DNA of 63,937 nt, counting the filler, from Bigelowiella natans CCMP2755 (Eukaryota; Protista; Cercozoa): assembly GCA_000320545.1 (NCBI GenBank). It is 8 parts of 8 records of this genome, joined end to end, with 100 filler letters (N's around TTAATTAATTAA, not from the genome) between each part and the next. Parts side by side here need not be neighbours in the genome. Positions count along the whole stretch, not along the records: positions 20,520 to 38,621 come from ADNK01002767.1; 7 more parts are not named here. The stretch is one strand, 5' to 3'. Shown piece after piece: positions 27,201 through 38,450 of the stretch. Positions within the stretch are counted from its first letter, which is position 1. The number at the start of each line of letters is the position of its first letter. The translations under genes were made by a program, and so were the position numbers. Below the pieces are notes generated by a model, which saw nothing but the letters and a program-made list of their open reading frames with translations, ran no database searches and had not been told where the DNA came from.

Positions 27201-27330
27201 ATTTTCATGCATGCAACACGTGGCCAGGGAAACAAACAGACACAATTTAAGCGCTGTAGCTGCACTGCACAGCTACATTAGGCTGACCATTGAAAAAATT
27301 TAAACATCTCATTACATCCGTCTCACATGA
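27201..27330. repeat. Dispersed hairpin-bearing repeat, copy 1
   Basis: GCGCTGTAGCTGCACTGCACAGCTACATTAGGCTGACCATTGAAAAAATT plus flanks matches 52126-52350. Confidence 0.8.
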
Positions 27331-27539
27331 CACTGAGTTAATTCGAGTGCTCATAATGACACTTTCCATATTATTGTGTGCGGAAAAGCTTGAAGAGTCA
27401 CACCGCTAAACGACTGATGAGCTGTGAACATCTCTTTGCCCATTCTGGCATCATCGGCAATGCGTCGAAAGCATTTTCTGACTATTGCAGCATGTCCACT
27501 AGCCGCAACACAATAAAGACATGTAGGACAAATGCAAAC

Positions 27540-30160
27540 TCAGACTGCAAACAAATGATCATAAAAATGCAGAAGCACACTCACTCTCACATGCTAATGC
27601 TCATCATCCACCGATTGCATACAAAATCACATCTCAAACACATCTGTTACAATCAGATTCTTACCCGCTATGAAATGAACCACCGCCAGATGCGACCCAG
27701 GAGATCAGCAAGCAACACCATAAACAACGCATACAAAATCAAATGCCCAACAAAGGCAAACCAAATTAGGATTCATACAATTTGCAAACACCCATAAAAA
27801 CACGCGCATGCGAATATGTCGAATATGTGAATAATTGTCATCATCCGTTGGATGCTACATGTTACAAACAAGGGCGATCTAACGAAACACTTACGTCCTA
27901 TGAGATGATCCCCCCCAGCAGCGACCCACAAAATCATCAACCAGCACAGCAAATTGCACACACAAAATCAAAATACACAACAGCAACCAACTAAATACAG
28001 ATTTAAGCAGCACAAAAAAACGCAAAAAAACATATACATGCACATGGGGATGATGCTCATCATCCGTCGAATACACACAATCTTAAATCATAAACACGTG
28101 TGATCTTTCAGATTCTCACCAACTGTAGAATGAACCCGCCAACAGCACCCACGAGATTATTATCCATCACGGTAAACAACATATACAAATCAAATTTACA
28201 ACATCAATCAACCAAATTAAGAATGACACAACACAAAATCGAGCATAAACACGCGTACCAACAGTACTTATCATCCATCGAATACTCCCAGCCTCTGCCC
28301 CAATCACAGGTGAACCAATCAAGTGCTTACCATCTACCAAATAACCCGCGCAGAGACCCACGAGTCCGCCATCGCAATGTGTAGTAATGCACATAAAGTC
28401 AAGTATGCAACAACCAACTTCAGTTTTACACAATGCAAAAACACTCAAAAACACATGCACATGTACAGACGAATGGTTCCCACCATCATATATTTATTGC
28501 ATTGAACGCACACTTCGAATCAGATTCTTACCATCTATCAGGTGAAGTCAGCCGCCAGCAGAGACCCACGAGATTATTGACCACCACAGTGAATGATTTA
28601 CCAAAAACAAAATAAACAACAATAATCAGCAAAGTACAGATTTGCCGAACACAAGAACCGGCCAAAACACACGGACATGCACAAGCGAATGATGCTTATC
28701 ATCCATCAAATACACACAATCGCAAACCACAACCACGTGTCACTTAATCAGATTCTCACCGACTATTATGAAACCGTCGAGAGAGGCCCATGAGAAGCAT
28801 GACAAACACAACAAACGATGAAAACAGGCCGTAAATACAACATCAGTCAACCAATTAAGATTCACACAACACGAAAACACGCACAAACACACGTACATGT
28901 TTATGCGGTACTCATTATCAACGAATGAATACAATCTTATGTGTAAAACAACACATGTTGTGAAGTCAAATGCTTACGTCCTACAAAACGAACAATCCAG
29001 CAGAGAGACCCAAGATATTATTAACCACCACAGTGAATGATACACAAAATAACAAATCAAATACAATCAACCAGGTACAGATTTACACAACACAAAAGTA
29101 CGCAAAAACAGACGTGGGTGCACATACGAATAATGTTCATCATCCATTGAATATACACAGTCTTTTGTCACAAACACATGTAATATAATCGGATCCTTAC
29201 CGACTATATTATGAAACCGTAGACAGAGGCCCATGGGAAGTATAGCAGACAAAATAAAACGATCATACAAAATTGAATATTCAACAAAATTCGACCAAAA
29301 TTAAATTAAGATTCACGGAGCACAAAAGCACAAAAACACTTGCAAACACACGCACATGTATGTACGAAAGCGGAATGAGCATCGTGTCACACATGACAAT
29401 TAGATGCTTACCCCCTAGTTCCCGCCAAAGCCAACCAGCACACAAAGTCAAAATATACAACATCAATCATCAAAGTTTAGATTCTCACAACACAAAAACA
29501 CGCCAAACACATGCACACGCACGTACGAATGGATATCACCATCCACTGAATGCATATGATAGTATATCCAAACACGCTCGATCTAACTAAAGGCTTACTA
29601 TCTATCAAACGAAGCCACCAGCAGAACCCCACGGCATTGCCAACCAGCACATATAAGAATACACACAAAATCAAACATCCCACATCAATCATTCAAGTCC
29701 ACGATCATACAGCATAAAAACACGCCAAACACACGCACACGCATATACGAATTGTTATCACCATCCACTGAATGTATGTAATCGTATGTCACAAACACGC
29801 TCGATCTAGCTAAATGCTTACTATCTATTAAACGAAGCCACCAGCAGAGGCCCACGACATTACCAACCAGCACGGATAATGAAACACACAAATTCAAATA
29901 TAGAACAACAATCAACCAAGTTTAGAATTACAAAACACAACACTCGCACAAACACACGCACATTCGCATATGAATGGCTTTTATCATCCATTGCATACAG
30001 TGCATACAGATTCTTACCTTCTATCAAGTGAACCCGCCAGCAGGGACCGACGAGATATACAGCCCACAGTGAATGGTGCACCGACAATCAAATATACGAT
30101 AAGAATCAGTGCTGAATGGCATCATAATGCAAAAAGCAAACACTACACATGCAATCTTAC
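27540..30160 (-). repeat. Degenerate tandem array of ~190-230 nt intron-like units separated by twelve 3-nt micro-exons
   Basis: Minus-strand YAG|NNN|GTRAG at 30018-20, 29822-24, 29599-601, 29412-14, 29201-03, 28978-80, 28760-62, 28532-34, 28331-33, 28120-22, 27895-97, 27665-67. Units share internal motifs (+ strand CATCATCC, CAGCAGAGACCCAC). Confidence 0.9.
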
Positions 30161-30210
30161 AAATATTCTATTGTCATGAAACGTGTCGCTGCGTGGATGC
30201 TGATGTAGGC

Positions 30211-30595
30211 TTATTTGACCCAGTGTCCCCGATGTCGTTTAGGGCAATCTCTAGGACATTTTCCATCGCGGCAAAGTTTTTGTTTCAACTTCTGTTCCTC
30301 CGCTGCTTTTCGTTCTTCTTTCGTTCTACTTTGTTCTCGTTTCTCTGATTTACAAGTGTATCTGGGCTCAAATTTTATTCCGGCCTATGTACAGTTCAGC
30401 ACACCGATCCTAAGCGACGCCCTGCCCCAGCCTTCGCAAAAAACCTGCTAATTGAGCGGTGGACTCATCCTCAAAATTAGGGGGTAACTCCTCCTCTTTC
30501 GTGTCCTTTTTGGTGGAAGATGAACGGATGATCACAGATCCTCGTGGTGGTTCATTTTCCTTGGGCGCATTCTTAAACTGCTCCTTGTCATCCAT
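30211..30595 (-). CDS. Small charged protein with a C-x4-C-x3-C-x3-H motif; likely host transcript of the micro-exon array
   Basis: Exon 30595-30445, GT-AG intron, exon from 30344 encoding EKREQSRTKEERKAAEEQKLKQKLCRDGKCPRDCPKRHRGHW, then either VK-stop or a GT donor at 30219. Confidence 0.55.
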
Positions 30596-31075
30596 TATTC
30601 CGTGTCGACGTGCCCTGTCCTGAGACGTTGTGTACGGGTTGTAACGACACAGTTTGCATCGATCGGAAAATACCGAGAAATTTCCTCAGCAACTGAAACT
30701 TGGAAAATAAGAAATTTGCTTCTACGTCCCTGTCGCCATAGGAAAATAGAATGTATTTCCAGCGATTCGTCGTGGGAAAACTTAGGAGAAAATGCAACAT
30801 GGGAGCATGGGAGATGTTCTTCTTATGTATTCGAATGGGATTTATTTCTCGACTGCGACATGGGAAGAGAAGCAACTTTTTGTACAAATGGCAAAGTGTT
30901 TAGATTCATGTGTTGCAGGTGCTGATTTACTAGATCCATCCTATTCGTTACAAGCATCTGGTGATTCCTTTTGCGCCTAGATCTAGAGATTTACCATAAA
31001 TAAGTCTGTCGTAGACAATAAATTCTCGGTATGGGGATAAGTGGATTACAGATATTTTTGACTTTAGATCTGAAA

Positions 31076-32571
31076 ATGGCAGCGCGAACTGCTTTGACCC
31101 TGGCCTTTGCGGCCTTTGCAGGTTGGCGAAGCGCAGCGTATTCACGCCATCACGTTTCCTTCACGAAAAAAGTGTTATCTTTGCGAGAAAGTTTATGTTT
31201 CCAACGTACCGTTTTTGTATGCTTTCAATATTAGGGGCGTCAATCTACCCGGAAGGGCATTTTGACACGTCCATCAAGCTGACGCAAGCAAATTTTGAGG
31301 TGTCCATTACTGCCAGATGCAACGTTTCCGATTGCCAGATATTCATCATGAAATGCAGGAATATTCTTCTTGTCATAGCGAACAAATAGTTTGGCTCAAA
31401 ATGTTGAGGAAATCCAGAGTTGACATCAGAATTATTAGGAAACCGTCAAAACACAAGTTGATTCTGGCAAGACGTTCTTCGTCCGCTGGATTGCCTCGGA
31501 GGGATGAGGGTATTGAATCTGAATCTATTTAACCTAACAATCTTGTCATAAATTTATCCCACATGAATTTCGCCTCTTTCCTCTGCTCTCGTACTGCGAA
31601 GAATTCTTCTTGGTATTAATGGAAGACCCTTTGCCCAACAGCTGATGACGCAAGCAGGCCCCTGCATGGAATCGTATCGTGCAGGCCTTTGCGAATAACT
31701 CGGATGTGTCGTTTGGAGACGTCAAGTAATACTTTAAAGCACTCAAACGAACATTCAAATATATGCCACCTGCTGAAAGTGGCAGACTGGGGGGCGGGGC
31801 ACACCCTTGCTACGCGTTTACATGACACCAGACAGACACGGCGCTTACATAGATTATCACGTTTGTATACAACAGCCTCTCCAAGGAGCCAATCCGAGGC
31901 AACCACAACCCGGGCAGGGGAGGTTGGCCAACGATTAAGTACTTTAACTCTGGGACGGGCTATGCTGGCGGGGCTTATAACAAGAAGACTCAAAAGGCTA
32001 TGTGTGATGAGCTTGGAGATGATAAGTAAAGCGACGATTTCCGTAGAGATCGAAACACTTCATCCACAAATCGTAGCTATTGCAGAGTAAAGCTTTGTTG
32101 AATTCTCTGGTTGATTGTAGACCATCACGGATTGCTTTCTATTTTTGGTTTAATTCACGGCTCCCAATCATCTTTTAGGTACATGCAGGCCTATGTTGAA
32201 GAGTACGGCGGCACGGTAAATCGATGCAGAATGCCACCGTAGACGGATTTTGTTATTAGGCCGCCAATCATGTCACCCCCCCCCTGAACTATTTCAATCA
32301 ACAAATTGGTTGCCGTTCTGATATATTATCGTTTTGGTCTTAGTCCCTTTGCTCCGCGGCTACCGGTGCTGGTTGCAGCGAGAAGGAGGTCAAGTACGCT
32401 GAACAATGGAAGGCCAAAAGCATCGACGACGTCAACAAGCAAGTGACGCGTCTGGACAAAATGAAGGGCAAGAAGATGAAACCTGCCCTCGCTAAGTGGA
32501 TTTCCCAACGCCTCGCCATTCTCAAACAGCTCCAGAGGGCTGCAGCTGCGGCGCCTAAGGATGAGCTTTAA
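31076..32571 (+). CDS. ER thioredoxin-fold selenoprotein with GUGUU motif (PDI_e-type; three Sec), signal peptide and KDEL
   Basis: Exons 31076-31121, 31235-31299, 31439-31509, 31642-31725, 31876-32025, 32179-32215, 32344-32571, all GT-AG and phase-consistent. Translation MAARTALTLAFAAFAGASIYPEGHF...FFVRWIASEG-U-G-U-U-RKQAPAWN...GGWPTIKYFN...QRLAILKQL...KDEL*. TGA at 31505, 31643, 31646. Confidence 0.92.
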
Positions 32572-32700
32572 GTGAGAGAACACGCGAAATACGCTGGGTT
32601 TGGATGAGGTTGATGACGACGCCATCGGAAAGCGGAAATATTTATATGCTTTTGTGGGCTGCTCATTTTGCAGTCAAAATGGGCGTGACACGGCGCGCGG

Positions 32701-32775
32701 GACGGTTGTTTATGAAGACTAGGCCTGAAACTTCGTTAGAGGATGGGTCTGTGTTCGGATATGGTTGAAACCGTT
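32701..32775 (+). promoter_or_regulatory. SECIS element (form II) in the 3' UTR of the selenoprotein
   Basis: ATGA 32712-15, 12-nt upper stem arm, AAA 32728-30, mini-stem CTTC/GAGG, complementary TGGGTCTG arm, GGAT 32757-60, lower helix ACGGTT/AACCGT. Confidence 0.85.
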
Positions 32776-33682
32776 CTGCCGAGTTTGCGCGTCCAATGCG
32801 ACTGCCACCTGCATCGTAGCGAAAAATCCCCCATATACATATCGTATACCTATCTAATCTATATGCTAGTCAATATGTACGGCATGCATTTGGTTCAATT
32901 GGTCTGCGAAATAATTGTGATGCTGACCTACTATATATACGAAAAAGTATAAAAGCAATACATTAAAGCATGTACGTGTGCGCCTAAGTAAATCGCGGGC
33001 GCGGCGCACTTTCAGCGAAGCAAGAAGCACTTTTGTCCTCATCTCTATGATGCTGCAGCTGTGATCTGATGCTTTAGTCTAGCAGTGCTGATTATTCTAG
33101 TATTGATGACTCAAACTGCGGCAAGAAACGTGTCTCTAACCGTGCTGCTAGCGCGGAATGTCTACATCTGTACGTATCATGAAACAAAATGTACGTACGA
33201 CGTATATATAAGGCGCTCATTGCGCACGCATGGAGGTTTGACGGATTGGGTTGTGCGTGTGAATGCTAGAATTCAACAGTCATCTCAATGATGTAGCTGC
33301 ATGTGCTACGCTATATACATATACATAGTGTGCTGCTTCGATCACGTCTAGACGTGTACGTGCTGTACCTGTGATTTTTTTCATATTATTGTTCTAGCAA
33401 ATTGTTAGTCAACCAGTAGCTCTAGAGCTAGCTAGCTAGCTAGCTAGATGGGTAGCTAGATAGGCCCGCGGAACTGGTGACATGTCTGGATATGTTTGAG
33501 CTATGTATTAATTTAGTAAGCTTTGGGGAATTTCTATCATTTATACGATGTATACTATATATGCTATTACGACGCAGAGTGCACATGCACAAATTAAAGC
33601 TCGAGTCTCCCCATATTGCACTGCAAGCGTGTACCACAAACGCTACCTGCAATCTGGAAGCTGTAGATCTTAGACGCGAAGG

Positions 33683-34105
33683 TCATTTAGTCGACAATTT
33701 TTCTCTTTGTAGCAAATACGTGTGACGATTCCCTGCTGTTGCATTATGCGAGAGGATCTTCCATTCACCGTCATCGGCCAGACTCTCGAGAACGGCACAT
33801 CTGATCAAACTTAAGTGGTTCCACGGCTTGACTGTCACATCCATCGTGATCTCCGAAAACGGACCACGTTCCATGGTTTTTTTTTCTTTAATGGGAATCT
33901 GGAGGGATTCCATCACTTTCCGACACTGCGGCAGGATGCTCGAGTTGAGGACTTTTGCATCACCTTGGAACTGAAACACAGGAGTTGAGGTAGTGATCAT
34001 GAAGACAAGAGGCATTTCCGGACTGTAGGTTTCTGCGAACTTATCAAGGGCTTGTTGGACTTCGGTGGGCAACTGGCTCAGCTCGGTGCTTCCGCAGACT
34101 CCCAT
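33683..34105 (-). CDS. Intronless 140-aa hypothetical protein with an N-myristoylation/palmitoylation motif
   Basis: Clean ATG-to-stop ORF of normal complexity starting MGVCGS. Confidence 0.65.
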   Translation of the reverse strand: MGVCGSTELSQLPTEVQQALDKFAETYSPEMPLVFMITTSTPVFQFQGDAKVLNSSILPQCRKVMESLQIPIKEKKTMERGPFSEITMDVTVKPWNHLSLIRCAVLESLADDGEWKILSHNATAGNRHTYLLQREKLSTK

Positions 34106-34636
34106 TCAGGCATTATAAAATCATGCGCCCGTGGACCAAATTTCCAAAATTAGACTTTTTCAAGGTGAAATCACCTAATTTACTCTAGCATATTTCGCGT
34201 CAAAAATTTCGCGCGAAGACCCAAATGTCAATTTTGCGTTGTAGGCAAAAAATAATTGGGCTTTGGTCCACACCATGACAGGCTCGAAATTTCGAATTTC
34301 AGAAGGTTGCTTTTTTCTCTGTCAAACAAAAATCACGCGTGGTGGTGGAACACAGCATTTCTCCAGGGTTAGTACCCAACAAATATCTACCTTCTCCAGT
34401 GTTTTTTTTTTTGCTGAGATGTGATCATTTCCCGATTTGTTAAGGGGACTTTTTCAAAAAAAAAGGACTGCTCCGTGATTTTCCACAGCAGGGAACCTGC
34501 AGATCATTCCGCCTTTCTCGGCATCCATGGGATAATAAGAGATCTCCCGAGATCTCGCAATCTTTCTTACACAGTCGCCCCCTGCATTGCCATTGTCCAC
34601 CCCCATCGTCACAGTGATTGCAGAAACAGTTGAAAA

Positions 34637-35133
34637 ATGTCTAACATCTTCACCGCAGCAGAGAACAACGATCTTGCTAGTCTGAAGTGTTTAATTGAGC
34701 AAAAGGCAAGCATCGAGGCGAAGAACTATTACGGTTGGACGCCGTTAAATGCGGGTTCTTGCATGGGACATTTGGAGATCGTCAAGTACCTGTTGGTATG
34801 AATGCAAACACCGAGGCGAAGACCAATGAGGGTTATACGCCGTTGATTTTGGGATCTTATGAGGGCCATTTGGAGACCGTCAAGTACCTGGTTGGTATGA
34901 AGGCAAACATCGAGGCGAAGACCAATAAGGGTTGGACGCCGTTGATTTCGGGTTCAAATGAAGGCCATTTGGAGACCGTCAAGTACCTGGTTGATATGAA
35001 GGCAAACATCGAGGCGAAGACCAATGGCGGTCAAAAAGCATTGCACTGGGCTGACAAGAGATGTCATGACGATGTCGTCAATTTTCTCCGCAATGTTGAA
35101 GAGAATCTGAAAATTCGTGATGAGGTTGAGTAG
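34637..35133 (+). pseudogene. Intronless ankyrin-repeat gene with a 1-nt frameshift (pseudogene or sequencing error)
   Basis: MSNIFTAAENNDLASLKCLIEQKASIEAKNYYGWTPL... with 99-bp tandem units (TPLI...GHLETVKYLV). The first unit reads TACCTGTTGG versus TACCTGGTTG in the later copies (~34792). Confidence 0.8.
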
Positions 35134-36539
35134 AAGGCCAACACGACCGTCCCAGAGCACACACCCCCCGTTGAATCCGATCATGATGAGTTGAATCCTA
35201 GCTGAAGAGGGAAGATTTCGCATGATTTGTGCAGAGCGCAACCAGGCAATTTTTCTAGTGTGCTGAAGGTTCAATGTAGGAAACATTTTTTTCAAATGTT
35301 CGCTTGGGGTTCGAAGGTGTGGTGTTCAATTGGTGGTGTTCTCGCTTGGTGATCTCCAAGAATGAGCAAGCCATCACGGCAGGATTTGGGGATGCGTGGT
35401 CCCAAAGTTGGCAGAGATTGGACACAAAAGACAATGAAACTAGGAACGGAGGAGCAACTAGAATGCTGTTCTTGGTTCCTTTTTGTTTCACTTCATGCAT
35501 GAGCCAACACATGTTCGTAGCGAATGTTGCAGCATTGTCATGGCATCATGCCCAAAATTGGACCTCGCTAGATTTGGCTCGAGCTAGCGAGGCACTGCGT
35601 TTCGCACTCTGCAAGTGTCTTGTCACATTTTGGAAATGCAGCACGTTGTCATTGTTCTGTTGTTCTGTTGTTCGGCACGTGCGCATGCAATGCACGCGAT
35701 GGCTCTCAAGTGGCTGCATTGTCGTGCATGCATGCATCTAGAGACCCGACTGTGGGACTCTGGTTCCCGTCTAGCCATGCCACACTGGCACACAGGAACT
35801 AGCTAGCTAGAGACCCACAACAATTTTCCACCACGCGTGATTTTTGACAGATCATTGCAAATTTTTTTGGGAAAACCGAACAGATGCTTGCCAGTTGCCA
35901 TGCAACACTTGGCAATTTGCATGATGAAACATGGACACAGCAATCACACGTGTCAAAGCATGATGCATGCAAACACCAAAGGAATGGCTTGAACATCACA
36001 GTGCCGTGACATGAGTGCCACAGCCGCTTCTTTGCATGGCTACATCAGGATGATCGACCATTGAATGATCATGAGTCTTCAATTTGTCATTGCATCGACC
36101 CTCCTTGCAACAAATGGCTTGCTGTCAACCGCATGCTGGACACAGTGATCGCATGTGTAGCACACGTGTGATTACGACACGATGTTGTCCAGCATTCAAG
36201 TGTAGCTAGCTAATTAGCTAGCTAGATAGGCTAGTAGGCCGCACGCATGTGCATGGATGTGCATTTGCGATCATTCGCATTTCGAGTCATGCACGCCTGC
36301 GGCACACGTAATTAATGTGTTAGCATTGTGTGTACACTAAATACTACAATAGACACAGCAATATAACATACATTGCATATCTATCATTACTTTCCACCAC
36401 ATATGGGCTACATGCAAGCTTTCTCGACGCAAAAACACTCACAGCTCATCCTTATCGTTGCTGCTGCCATCTTCCGTCTCCGACGACGCAAGTTCGCGTA
36501 TTTCGAACCTGACGACGACGAGGAGGGGGACAAGCACTC

Positions 36540-37554
36540 AGTGACTATGAACGGAATGCAACACCGCCCAAATGGCGGGTAAAACATCGACATCTGAATT
36601 GGACGATGCCACTCTACAAGCAGCACAACAGTATTTAAAAAACCGATGTGGTGAGAGGATTTCTGTGTTGGAACTTACTTTTGCGCCTCGCCCTTCGTTC
36701 TGTCGATCTTGATGACCTGCCAAAGCAGTGAGCAGCAGAGACACAGAAGGAATGTCAAGCAATCGTTCGAGGAGGGCACTCTGCTCAAGATGATTCCCGG
36801 TTAAAATGAGAATAGACAACTACTAAGCTGCATATTGTGGTGGATATGAGTGAATCGACTAGCCCTGATAAATTCAATTGAATGCTGCATTTGACGTATA
36901 AACGTATATCAGCTTATGTGTGTGTGTGTGTGTGTGTGTGTGTATTGCCTGCACGGTTTTCTCTTGAATCTGCACATCAAACACGTGCGAGTCAAATGTC
37001 TGGATGCTCAAAGAGGTTTCCCCTGTCGGAATATGATGGGGGGCGGCGGGGGGGGGTGGGGGGCATATTAGAAGACACACCATGACGGCCATAACACAAT
37101 GCAATGGTGAATCCTTTTCGCTTCGGAATGTGGCGCAATATACCCCGCCATTCAGTATGAGTTGTGGATTATTCCACGAATTAAATCATGGAGAGCTGAG
37201 AGTTAGCGTATCAACGACGCTCTAGCTGGATGTGTTGATGACAGTTATCATTCTCGCTTTCCCCCTTTTTTAATGGTATTGTGTCTCTTCCCGTCGCCCA
37301 AAAACATACCAGCCTTGATGTTCCCAACCTCCATCTTGCTCTGCGTGGGTTCAGGAGGGGGGGGAAAGGATGCAAGAATGCAGCATCAACATCGTGGTCA
37401 TCGCCATCCACGTCATCATCATTGATCATCATCGTCGTCGTCATCATCATCATATCCCCCCGAAGTGAATTACAACCCCATCATGAGCGTTCCAGAGCAG
37501 CTTGGCGTCCTCATCCATCATGTTGATAAATGTCGCTTCAACTTGCCTGAATAC

Positions 37555-37593
<39 letters not shown>

Positions 37594-37660
37594 CTTCGTT
37601 GTCAGTTTACGATAACCAACAGCACATGTAAAAACACATCTATACATATCTGTATATAAT

Positions 37661-37700
<40 letters not shown>

Positions 37701-38450
37701 CAAAAGCTTGCAACTGAAAAACCATCTCTTCACTCACAAACATCAAATCTGGCCTCCTCCCCATGGCAGAGAGGAGTGTTCCCAGTGTTCGCACGGTGAT
37801 AACAACCAACACGCCACTCTCCACAGCACTGCACGCAAACATCTCAAAAACTACTACTATTACATCGGATCTTTGGGGGCCTTCTGCTCCTGTGTGCACA
37901 GCAGAAGAAGCCAACATAGAGATCAGCTCGCTGCTTGTACGCGGCGGGTCGCTGAAACCCAAATGACCTCCTCCCCCCCCCCCCATTCCCCCCTACAAAA
38001 AGGGGCCTTTCAAGCCGCAAACGGCCGATTGATGCTCTACTTCGGTTGAGGCTATCCTCACTTGTTTTATTGCGGTGTGATGGTGGTAGGAGGAATGGGA
38101 CTGCTGCTGCTGCTGCTGCTACCGTTTCTACGAAGAAAGGGTCGGCCTTTGGGGCGTCATTCCCAGCAAGAACGTATTTGGAGAACACCGACTTATCGCC
38201 CTGTTGTTGTTTACGCGCGCGCGTGTGTTGCGTGAATGGGTAATTACAACTAATTTCATCAGTCTTTCTGGCGTTTCGTTTATGATTGAAGTTGGATGGG
38301 AGGAGGAGGAGGAGGAGGAGGAGGATGGGGAGGAGTGCATTGAAGGGAAAATCGATAGAAGATGCATCTTTCCCTTAGGTTTTCGTTTCAAAGGGCTCTC
38401 AATCAGATGACCGATTGAATTCAAAACAAGCATATCTCCCTGAAACAACA
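36540..38450 (-). CDS. Multi-exon hypothetical coding region, possibly the 3' part of the C2H2 gene across the gap
   Basis: AG/GT-bounded open exons such as GDMLVLNSIGHLIESPLKRKPK, QVEATFINMMDEDAKLLWNAHDG, SALLERLLDIPSVSLLLTALAG. Confidence 0.4.

Noticed and set aside
27591-27593. A thirteenth TAG|CAT|GTGAG site
   Set aside because: Out of register with the repeat period (only ~70 nt from the last micro-exon); may be chance.
27600-29990. Intronic C/D box snoRNA cluster (minus-strand GGATGATGA resembles a C box)
   Set aside because: An exact RUGAUGA occurs in only some units, and no consistent downstream CUGA D box was seen. Kept only as a minor alternative.
27540-30160. Array as a CRISPR or plain satellite
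   Set aside because: Eukaryotic context, units ~200 nt and diverged, no cas genes. The invariant parts are splice signals, which a neutral satellite would not explain.
27378-30179. Short ORFs called across the array
   Set aside because: By-products of the A/C-rich strand-biased repeat; no conserved frame between units.
31616-32090. ORF-track proteins 31616-31993(-) and 31689-32090(+), first suspected as retroelement remnants
   Set aside because: Shadow frames of the spliced selenoprotein gene.
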